Shown: one piece after another, positions 21,301 through 32,591 of the stretch | How positions within the stretch are numbered: the first letter of the stretch is position 1 | How the letters are laid out: each line of letters opens with the position of its first letter | Assembly: GCA_003614675.1 (NCBI GenBank) | Contig: ML002359.1 | Coordinates: 1-38,428 of the forward strand | Direction of reading: 5' to 3' | Length of the DNA: 38,428 nucleotides | From: Dimargaris cristalligena | Lineage: Eukaryota | Made by a program: the position numbers and the translations under genes | Notes under the pieces: model-generated | Told to the model about the DNA's origin: nothing | What the model saw: the letters and a program-made list of their open reading frames with translations, nothing else | The model's database searches: none

Positions 21301-24300
21301 GAGGGTAAGGGGCTCCGTCGGGGTAATTCCAGCCCGATGTCATCAGCGTGGGGACCCGTACCAGAATAGCGGTGCCAAGCCAACCCAACATTGGTGCATG
21401 GGATCGCCACCACTTCGCTAAAATACGTAAGGTGCTTAGCTTATGGGGTTGGTGGCAGATTGCCTCTCCTAGATAGAGACGCCATTACCCTATCCGTCAT
21501 TATTACCCTCCCCTGCCTCGCCCCTCCCTGTCAATCCAACCCAATCCAGCCCAGCCCTTTCAATTTTGGCCATTATCTAGCGAAACCCAGAGAGCGGGGC
21601 CTCCCATGCAAGTGAACTGGTAGGAGGAGAAGGAACGAGTATAGGATGATTCCCATGACTTGGGAAAAGCTATTCCAATCACTCCGCATCATCCCCCGCT
21701 TCATCAATCGAATGCGTTTGACGGTGAAATTCCGGTATTTTTGCAATCCGAGGCACATTGCGCTTACATTCATTGGCGGCGGTGTACCCAGTTATTCCGA
21801 CTTTCCGTGGACAGAATAAGAAATGAAGATCCCGAAGTGGTCGTAGTGGCAGGGATGGAAGGAAGGGGAGCGGTGGAATGAGGGCCGTGAATTTGGTTGA
21901 TGAGAAGGCAGCGGTGGGCTAGATGAAAAATGACCATTGTTGGAACTGTTGGGTCCCAGTGGCTGGGTGGCGGGGTTGCCTAAACCGGTTTAGCCAGCGG
22001 TGGACTCGGCGTGTTTCGCTGCACCCAGACATACCCAATAGTTCGGGTAGTCGGCAAGCCCTGTCAAGAAGACCCCTCTCACTCCAACTCCCAGTTCCTC
22101 CTCCTCCTCCTGGCACACTGTATGTTCGCATTGTTTTCTACCCTAACACCCACTTTTTCCCCGCTAGATAAAATGGCCCGTACGGGTGATCACTTTTCCG
22201 TGTAAAAAAGACGACTACCAATTTCGATTGCTGTTTTTTTAGGGGGCCATTTTCAACAATAATGTTTGCGATATGGTGGTTATTTTCCCTCCCAACAGAC
22301 GTTATCATTAGCATAGGGAGATCGCCTAACAAGGTGCCGTTAGTTATTTCGTCACCTGCGGCCCTATTGGGCTGAATGTAAACGTTGCTTTTGAACTTAT
22401 AATAGCAGGAATAAACCAATGTATAATATTGAGTTTGGCAACTTAACCCGAATTTCAAAATGTGGGGGGATCCTTGGCACCGATCATTGTCCGACCAGGG
22501 TGTACAGCCAAGCCGGCTATACTATTGCCGTTCTTTGAGGCGTGCTTAAGGTCGCGGGTTTTCGGTCCTAGGAAATGGAGGGGGAGAAGGGGGTAGGGTC
22601 GCCAAGCCACTGCCCAGACCATTCACCCACCCGTCTACACCTGCTCCTTCATGGCAATCGACCAGATCCCTTTACTCATCGGCGGATCATTACATACTCA
22701 TTCAAGGTACTAAAGTTCTGGGCGAGGGACCACTATTCTTTCGTTAATAGATTTCAAGCGTATTCCCCCCTTGCTACCTGGCTATGTGCACCCCTATTTT
22801 TAGCTATGATGTCACTGTCAACTATCCCTTTACTGCTCCTAAACTAGGTACTGAGAAGTTGTGACATTCACTATATAATATAATAGTGATAAAGTTTTTC
22901 TTTCTTTAGAAAGGATAAGAATGAAGGGAGGAGGGGGTCGCATACCGTCTGACGCCTGACTGCCTTGGCCGCAGGCCAAACTCGCTTATTCACGAGGTCA
23001 GTCAAATGTTGAATTACTGTGACGATGACCCCATCCCCTCCCCTGCACCCTCTTGCCTCAATCAGCCAATGCAAAGGGAGGAGGGGGCTGAGGCAGTGAA
23101 GTGTAATGAAGTGGGGGACGGGGGCGGGGAGGATGTGGATGTGGACGAAGAAGGACACCACCGAACTAGTGGTATCGTGTCGTCACCGTGCTGGGATACA
23201 AGTGAAAGGATAGGTATGGGGAGGAGGGGGGGACTGCTTGACACCTCTGACATTGCCGCCTGAGTCATAAATTGGCAAGGAGGCGGTCGCGCAAGCAGGG
23301 GAAGGCGGGTGACGGACCTTCAGCAGTTGTTTTTTTTTGGTTATATTTATCGACTGAGGTAGGCCTTTTTACACTAACCGTCCCTTCCTTCCTTCTTACC
23401 CCCCCCCCTGAAACCCCCCTAAATTAGAATGGTTGATAAGAAAAGACCTCAAACCGGTAAGATTTCCTTTTTTGGATATTCCAGATTTCATACCAATGCA
23501 CCAACGCCCGAGAGGAGGGATGTGTATGTGATCACTTCGTCCCGTTTGGCAAAGTTCAGTGTGTAAGCTGAACTAGGGTTTAGGTAAGCGGGTGAGTGAG
23601 AAAGTCTGGGTGTCGGTGTCTGTGTGTGGAGTGACAATGCGAATGCTAATAGATAACCGGTGGCCTCGGGGGCCAGTCGACTAGGCATTGTGATGCACAC
23701 TTCGCTGTACGCCCGGGCTCGTTTGGACTAATTTGACCGAACTCGCTCTTAAAGTGGGAAGCTTATGGTAATATTACTAATGAATGGAGAGGTGAAGGCA
23801 TTAATGCGGTTTACTCACCCTAATTTACAGTTCGGCCATTTTTAAAAAAGCAAGCTGCAGCAGTGGATTAGCCAGTGAGCGGGAGACTACTAATGAACTA
23901 GAAGACTAGAAGAAGGAGGGGGAGGGCAGAGTATTCATACTCGGACTCCCTCCTAGGCATTAAGGCATAGCCAAACGCGTAAAGGAAGCCCCCGTCTGTG
24001 CTCTCGGCGATTATCAGCTATAGGCTGAGAATCCCTCCAATAGTGGCAGCCACGATTCGTACCCATTACTAAACGAATAATCTCCCCTCCCTGTCATTGG
24101 ACAGTTCTGAAACCCGAACCAGTGGTTTACCAATGGGTATCGACTGAAATATTGCCCATATCTGATGCACATTGTTGGTTGGGATTGTCGCTAATCATTC
24201 ATATTTCCTCTATTAGAGCTCAAGTCCCCAGAGGAAAGTTGGGGAAGCTGAGGGTGGGGGTGGTGACATGTGAAAAATGCTGGTGGTGGGCGAAGAGGAG

Positions 24301-27300
24301 AGGGGTTTACGGACGTTTACCCGCATAATTGAATTGCATCCCAGATCCGACCAGGGATAAGAGAGGTTCTGCGCTACGTATTGAGTATTAAACGCACTTT
24401 GCTACGGTATTTAGTCACTTGGGCCTTGGGGTTTTTTACCCCTTTCAGCAAGTATTCACCGTGTATGTGTAAAGCGGTGGTGTTGAAAGTAATGGGCCAC
24501 ACCATTACGATGAGTAGTGGAGAAGGCCATGGCATAACACCGTCATCGGGGCCAGCGTGCCCCCCTGTTGACCCCGGCTATGGATGAATTCAAACCCAAA
24601 CCAACTGTCAAACCGGATTGATACAAGTTATAGAACTGGACTTGGCAACTCCTGCGACCCGACAGTGCGTCGGATGCCGCTGGCCCATACGTCTCTCCCA
24701 CCCACCCACGCATCCCTCCCTCCCCGTTTACCAAACGAACTGGTGGTGTTAGGTGTCATTGACTTAAAAACCGGTCTGTGTGTACTGGCCGACCGCATGC
24801 AGTGGCTGTCAGTAAATATGTCATATTTCCCAAGTAAACAGTCGGGACTTGTTTTACCTTGTCGCCTTCCGATTATAGTGACAGCAGGACTAGGGCAAGT
24901 AAGGGGAAAGGAGTGTGGTACAGTAATCGGAATCATCGAGAGAGGGGGGAGGGTAATATCGGTGGCAAATAAGGTCGGCATTACTGTACCATTTTTTTCC
25001 GCAATGGAAGGGTGAATATGAAAAATACACCAACCCTATCTGAAATTAATATTGCCATAGTGGCTTAGACTGGCATAACGGCTTTCCTATGTGAGTGAAG
25101 GGTATGCTTCTACATTACTGTTTAAACATAGAAGGAAGAGACATAGAGTAACACCTCTCTCCCTCCCTCCTCCTTCCGGACACTATACTATGTCGAGAGA
25201 GTTATAGGTATTTAGGATGCGGCGTTCAGCCAATAATTATGATTCATCGTCGGCACCGACCCAATTATGATATTCACCCCATCGTCTCTATCGAATGGCA
25301 ACCACTGGCCAATGGTAAAAGGAATCCCTAATGATGAGGTGGCCTCTCCACCCCATTGAGCAGCCAACTTGCAACTATTTTCAGTATTCGGGGCCGAGTC
25401 ATGGCAAAGCAAAACAACCACCGACAAGCCTGTAATGACTAATTGTATTTTGGGACCAATGATCGGGGTGGCAGATAAAATTGGCTTATAATATCTTCAG
25501 GATGTGGCTAATCTAATCTTTCCCGAGCCCACCTTTAAATCAACCGCCGATGAAGCCCAAAAATTGGTTGCTCGTGTATAATATTTTCTTCAAAAAATCA
25601 TCATCATGAAACACAAATCAGAGAAGGGGCGAGACTATATTATGCCTTGCAATGCGGTGTACCAATGATTTCCCAACACCCCTCCCGTCGCTCCTCCCGT
25701 ATCCGTGCATTCGTGTAAAACGCCTTTCACGCTTCCACCCGTGGCGGGCCGGCTAGGTCACGCCCAGACCAACCCGAATAGAGTTATGCGTGGCGCCTAC
25801 TTCTAATCGGGTCGGCGGTTTTCCACACCATTAAAGTTTGATCTAGTATACTTGAAAAGTAGATGTACCGGAACGACAAATCGGGCAGGCTGTGGGGCTG
25901 ACCAAGAGTGAGGGGGGAGGGACAGCTGATGATATGTGTGGCGTTGGGCTGGATAACTAATTCCATAAAAGGATACTACGAAAGTGCACGGTTACCTATA
26001 ATGGGGTTAGGCGGTGCTGCCTCGGGAGACAAGGGAGAAGGGTTGAAGAAGGGGAGGCAGTGTTAATCAATGCGAAATTTCGCTAACAGTCATACACCCA
26101 CGAAGGACACTGGGATGTTAATGTATAAATTGGTCAGTTGGAGGTATTCGAAGGCGGGTCCGCTTACCCGATATGCAACCACCCAACCGGTTTGACTAGG
26201 CGGGTATGCTGGATCAAGCGAGCGAGGATCTGAAGTTGCATACCTTTGAATCCAACGCCAAGGGTAGAGGAAGGGGAAGTGACGGGGTGACATGTGGGTG
26301 TGGTAGAGCCACTGACCAGGGGGAACTTCGAAGGTTCCGTCCAGTTGGAATGTTATAAATGTAAAATATATGGGGGAGTTGTACGTACGCTACTATGGTT
26401 CACAGCTAGGTTTCATAGTGAGTGACACAATGGACTCCACTTTCTCTCCATGGGCGTCGCGCTTACCCTCCATCTCCACCTTTTGTATGGCATTAAAGAA
26501 AGAGCGTCGTAAGGAACCGTGCATCATCATTTATCAGCGCGGCGTCGGTTCCTTAATTACGATTGGCAGGGTGCGAGGTTGCCTTCCCTAGAATATTTGT
26601 GCTCCGGGATCCGGCGATAGTTCCGCACCCGCTAAGAACGGGGGGCTGGAAGTGAATCACCAATGCTGTAAAAGAGAAGGAGAGGGAATGGTAATTAGAA
26701 CGAACGCCATCCCCGCCGGGTGTACCATAGAGCGTTGTACCCCACTAGCCACCACCATCCCCGCTTCTAGTACACTCTTCCATATTACCGCCACCAGCAC
26801 CACCCTATTTCTCCCCTCCCCCCTCTCCTCTTATTATACCCCAATTATTTACTTTCCGCTTGCACTCCCTCATTAGACGCTGGCAATTTATGCCACCAGT
26901 ATTCCATGTACGGTACATACTGGCCTTGCACCAACTCACAGACAACCTGCGCATCAATTGTACCACCCTATTCCGGGCCACCACAACCCCTCTTTGTCCC
27001 ACATCATGGCCGATACGTATGTGGGGCAGGGTGGGGTGTGTGTGGAAGGAGGTGGTGTCTCTAGGTATGTTGGGCGCTGCATATCGGAGGATGGAGAAGG
27101 GGGGGGAAGCGGGGGCACACCTTTGTCGCCACTCCGCTGGGCACTGATCTGCTGCCAAGTCGCACCCGCACGACCATGCTGCCTCACAGATGCTGGGAGG
27201 CCAGCGGCTGAGACTGACGTTAATTGGCCCTTTCTTACCTGTCTACACTTCCCCCTTTTCCCCCCCTCCCCGTTTCCTCCCCTAGACACATGTACTGCCT

Positions 27301-28935
27301 AAACGGTATTATTACTATTATACTATTCAGTGCGCTTATACTGTAGCCGAACTAAACACCCCCGCATACCATACCATTGGCCACCACTGATGCTGCCGCT
27401 GCCTTCCCTCTATCTTTTTCTCTCCCTTTTTTGACGACAATCCAATTATATATAAATACACCGTGATTCGCAACCCTCGATCAGTTACCTACGTTCCCAG
27501 TGTATTGCGCCCCGGGAAATCGGTGACCCTAATTTTGATTCCAATTTTGACAATAGGCTTGTATAAATACCTCGCTCCTACCTCTCTACTCGGCCCTCTT
27601 TGGTTGTTTTCTGTTGCGCTTGCTCAAAAGCCTTAGCTGCACTGGGATTAAAGGTTTATCCCCCACCCCCTCTACTTTGCCCACTCTCCTCCTTCCCTTC
27701 TGCATTTGCATTTTCGTTTTGCCCAAACTAACTAAACTCCCCGCCCATAACCTTGGTTTAGCCTCCCCCACACTGCGGGACAATAGTGGACATTCGTACC
27801 AACCGCTTGGATTACCCCGCCCCATTGACTCGGTCCATCACACCGCGTGTAACCTTTGGACGTTCCTGCCCTTAACTTTAACCCCATTTTCTCTCTCCCT
27901 TACTCCTATTATTATTTTTTCCTCCGCAACGAATATCCGGTTATTTTGATACGCTGTCTTTCCCACAGCCCTGGATGTATTTGATTTTTCGGGTTTATCT
28001 AATAATACAGTCCGAATTGCTTCCCAAATGAATTTGGTGTGAGCCCCGACTAAGACCGATTCACCTTAGCGTTCTATACCTCCGTACTACACTGATATCC
28101 CCGGCTTGACCCCATCCCTATTTATTTTGTACCCGTTAGTTTCTCGGCTTAGCTTTTTTTTCTGCTTGCGAATATTTTAAGTGCCGGTGACTCCTTTCCT
28201 TCGCTTAATTTAGTAACATTTCCTCGCACATACATTAAACCGCCCACCGCGGATTACGGGCCCTTCATCCATGTAAGTCAACCCCCCTATTATTTCGCTT
28301 TCCTTTGCCTTCACGCGGCCGCCACTGCATTGTCCCACTTTAGGCACCTCCCCTTCCTCTCTTCCACTCTTCACGGTGATGCCACCCCTACCCCTCCCCA
28401 AAAACGCATCTTATCCACGCCATCCAAGTCAAACTTGGGCACGGGCATTTTGGCCTCTAGACCCTTGCGACGGGACTGGTGAGGAAAGGGATAGTTGCCC
28501 AATGTGACTGGCCTGAGTTACTTCGATTCCACATTCCAATAGCCTACCTGTATTTCCCATGAACTTTGCTGTCCTTCCTACTTGCTTACTCGAGTAATTT
28601 ACCCTTCCGTTTCCATCCATCAATTCCGACTGAGGGGGAATGGAGAATCAGCTGGCTATCACACCACCCCTTTGGGATGTTTGCCAGGTGGCTCAACGGG
28701 CTACAATGGGTGATGGATGACGAGGTGGGGTGGGGAGGAGTGTTGGCTGAAGTAAGGGCTTGTTGAGCCAGGTCACCAATGGCCTCTAGCCACCCCTTGC
28801 CCTGGTCCCAAACGAGCAACCTTTCACCTTCAACCATGCCACATTATATTTGGACTATTCCCCAATGGGCATCCGCAATATTACGGTACTCAATGGTCGA
28901 CATCGGCCTACCCATGCTACACCTGGCTGGGAAGG

Positions 28936-28956
28936 GAGAGAGAGAGAGAGAGAGAG
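28936..28956 (+). repeat. (GA)10 microsatellite
   Basis: Direct reading. Confidence 0.9.
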
Positions 28957-29827
28957 GCAGGAAACATTGTCATCGAATGGGCAACCCTAGCTGGACATAC
29001 CTGCCACTCTTTTCGTCGTCTACCCCATTAACAGCACACTTTAATGGAAATCCTTGATATTCAGAATTCCGGGGGGTTTTCCCAGGCATTTTTTTCGCCA
29101 TGGGCCTGTTTTAGACATGTATATTACATTCGAAATTGCCGCCTCATTTCCCATTTCTCTTTTTTTGATTCAAATCTATCTAGAGGTGTATATTATTATC
29201 ACTCGGGCATCACCCAATGGCCATTCGAATTGCAAATGCCCCATCAGGCCAATTGAGTCGGCCTAGCTGTACTAGAATGGCCACGGGCCTATCCCAAGAC
29301 GTGAGGGTGGGGGAGGTCCGGAGGTATTGTTGTCCGTTAGTTCTTGGCTATGGGCATACCTAATTTCCCCAGGTTCTTATGTTATTTCTGTTTTGGGGTA
29401 TCTTATTCCCGTCCCTCATTCGTTTGTGGCGCTGGTGACTATTATTCCCCGCAATTGTTTATTTATTGTCGTGGTTTTGTTTATTGCTGCCATATAGTCC
29501 TACCCCACCCCCATCCGCGGGTAGTCTTTCCTTTTATATTGGTCTGGGATTTCTATTCTGCTCTTCAGTTCCCCCACCAAGTTTATTGGTATTGATCGAG
29601 GTTAACGGAATTGATTGGATGGAACAACGGGACAAAGGTGAAAGAAGAGAGAAAGTGAGAGGGAGGGAGAGATGTTAAGTCTGATGTGGGGAAAGGATCG
29701 CCTCCTTCAGTTTAGGAGGGCGATCGGACCGCCTGACAGACCCAGCCACACTTTCAGTACTAATGGCCCTAAATCCCCCGTCCATCGCTACGATTCATTT
29801 TAATGACATGTACTCAATTATATACGT

Positions 29828-29831
<4 letters not shown>

Positions 29832-29860
<29 letters not shown>
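29832..29860 (+). repeat. (AT)14 microsatellite
   Basis: Direct reading. Confidence 0.9.
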
Positions 29861-29864
<4 letters not shown>

Positions 29865-31061
29865 GATATATTTCTTGCATCTCAGTCTGTTCTATATTTT
29901 ATACTTCAGTCCTAGTCGCTTTAGTTATCTACCCCATTTCCTTTTAGCTAGTCCCGTCTACGTCAAGATCACCTCGTTTAGTAGCGGAATCCCTAAGAAG
30001 GTAACATATATATATATGTAGCAGTAAACCATTTGTCCTTAGTTTGTGACCGAGATACCTGATCTTTAGCTTCTCCCACTGCTTGTCTGAAGTCTGCGTC
30101 TGCCAGCACCCGCGTCTCTCATATCCGGACTGTGGTGGGCTGCTTCTTAGCGTCCCATTTGATTCATTGAGGGCGCGACCCTGGGTTCGGAGCGCACCCC
30201 CTTTCCACCCCTCCGCCACGCAGATTACACGTTAACCATTTCATATTCTCCGGGATCACTCCGGGACTGTACAGTCAGCGGTACCGAGGCTATGTTGCGG
30301 ACGGGCATCCAGCCGCCCTTTACTTGCCCTTTGTAGCTATTTTCGGCGAGGGTTTATTTTTAGTGGAAAGGAATCTCCGACGTATGCTTTTCCTCCGCGG
30401 ATGGAGGATGCAATGGCATTTCGCGAAAATTGACCCTTCACTCCCCCCCATAGGATTATTTATTATATATACACTGGTGACGATTAACTACCATACGAGT
30501 CTACGCACGTCCATGTGCAGCCGAGTTGCCTCGACCCAGTTCACCGCTCACCCCTTTTTATCTGTCGTCACGATGCCTGGTTTAAATACACATACTGATG
30601 TGCTAATTATATATTTACTACTATTCTATACCATCTTCGTTGACATCATCCCCTGGGCCATGGATGTGCGCCGATTTGATTGCTGGGTTGTTGTCCTTCA
30701 ACTCTTTTGCTCGCTCCTTCCCCCGCTTTTCCTTTCATAGTTCCGCCGCTCATATTGACCGTCCCTCTTCCTCCGCACTTTAACTCTCCCAAATTGACAT
30801 TGCAAGGCACATCGACCTCCTTATCCACTTGCTGCACGACTCCTGATCGGTAACTGTCAGCCCTTGCCCCTTATGCGGACGCTTGACCTCTGATCGATTG
30901 ACTCCAGCATTTCTCTTCAGTCCTTTATAAACCGGTTGAATTCCTGTGTGAGCCTCCAGGTCACTCCATACTTCTTTGTCCTTCAAAAGGTAAGTGAGTT
31001 ACAACGATCTTCTATGTTCCTTTCTGGCTATTATATAGACGCTACACGTTTAGCACGTTTC

Positions 31062-31064
<3 letters not shown>

Positions 31065-31091
<27 letters not shown>
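31065..31091 (+). repeat. (TAT)9 microsatellite
   Basis: Direct reading. Confidence 0.9.
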
Positions 31092-31092
<1 letters not shown>

Positions 31093-32441
31093 TTCTTGCT
31101 GGGTTTCCCCGACATTGCCTGTCGATATGTTACTTCGGCGGTCCAATTCCGTCGAATATATATATATATTTGACGGGTTGCAACCACGCTACCCCTACGT
31201 CGGCCCAGGCGTTGCCCCTTCAATCCTTCTCCGCTCTGTCTGATTCAGTAGTCTGTTCATTAGGTAGTTAGGCTGATTGAGTGTGAACGGCGATTCAGTG
31301 GGCCTAACCTCCCCCCGTCTCCCCTCGTTCACTCTCTTTGGTCCTCACCATCGATCACAGGTTCAAGGCTTCAGTGAATGAAATTCCCATATTTATTCCA
31401 CTGTTTTGTAAGACCGACACTCGGCCATTTTGGTTGATTTTACATTTGAAAGGATCAGTCCAACCCCTTTCCCTTCCTCTCCTTCTATTACCCCCCCTAT
31501 CTCTTACTCGTTCTCCCTCTCTCTCCTTCCCTCCCTAACTGGAAGCCCTCGACTTGGTCAGAGAAGCCTGAGCTGGGTTTGCTTGGACGATTAGGGTGAT
31601 CTGACAGGCTTTCCCCCCTAGTACTCTCCTTTTAGCATATGGTGCTTTTCTTTGACACCCAACTAAGTGTGGCGTTGGGTCTCCATTAACCGGATGACTG
31701 GGATCAGCCCAGTTAGAGTTGATGTCGGCGAAAGGAGAGGGATGTGGCAGAGCTGGGAGATGGGTGAAAGAAGGGGGACAATTTCAACTGCGCAGCTTCC
31801 TTAACCTTTCCTCTTTTTCCCCTCCCCATCCCTCCTGTGACCTATACCTGCGCGGTATCTATTATATAAGTTGGACATCTCCAGCTTTTCCCTCTTTCCT
31901 GCATTCCCCTAGCATTTCTTTCATCGTCATTTGGTATCATTAGCTGCTTAGACTTTAGCCATCTTCTCGAACGCTACGTCACGAGAAATTCCGGTATGGT
32001 CACTTACCATACCGTCATCTAGTTATTTTGGCTATGCGAACTAATACTGAATTTTTGCAGTATATATCTATATGTATATATATATAATCATTGCCCTGCA
32101 TCCATTACTCCCCTCCAGGTGATGTTCGCACATCCGATTCAACAAGCCATTTCATATCACCATTGTTGTTGTGGTATATCTTCTACACTATCTTGCAACC
32201 ATTGTTGCTGCGGTTCGAATAGGGCCCAACTGCCATTTGCTGTTGGCACCATATCGCATTTTCCCTTTCAAGTCCTGGCTTACTGTAACTTCTTCTAGTG
32301 TCGTTTTATTTTGAGCGCCCTCCCCCCTGCCCACTCGAAAACTATACTCTTGCTCGGGTACGTTCTACAGTGCACCGACATACCGACGCCGGTCATATAG
32401 TCCGAGATCGGGTTGTTTTCGGTGGTCCGGCTCACGTAGTT

Positions 32442-32463
32442 TCTCTCTCTCTCTCTCTCTCTC
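32442..32463 (+). repeat. (TC)11 microsatellite just upstream of the zinc-finger gene
   Basis: Direct reading. Confidence 0.9.
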
Positions 32464-32591
32464 GCAATCTCTATTTGGCTTAGTAATTAATTTATAGTCA
32501 CCTTTACTAGAGCCAACTCCCCCACCACGCCGACGGGCCCTAGAGTGCGCCTCTCACTCCTCCCATCCTTTCTCCCCCTCTCCGGCTGCCG

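Noticed and set aside
23006..23263. 85-aa acidic ORF in the gene-free region
   Set aside because: Explained by purine-rich low-complexity sequence; no domain
24222..24310. AAGTCCCC and GGGGTTTAC, resembling RNase MRP P4 halves
   Set aside because: Only about 80 nt apart, too short for MRP RNA, and other conserved regions are absent
24584..25015. 143-aa ORF, the longest in the gene-free region
   Set aside because: No recognisable motif; an ORF of this length is plausible by chance in 18 kb. A BLASTP hit or RNA-seq coverage would reverse this.
30936..31271. ORF with a poly-Tyr tract
   Set aside because: Product of the (TAT)9 microsatellite; TTG start
32205..32230. GGTTCGAAT, resembling a tRNA T-loop
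   Set aside because: No T-stem closure or cloverleaf
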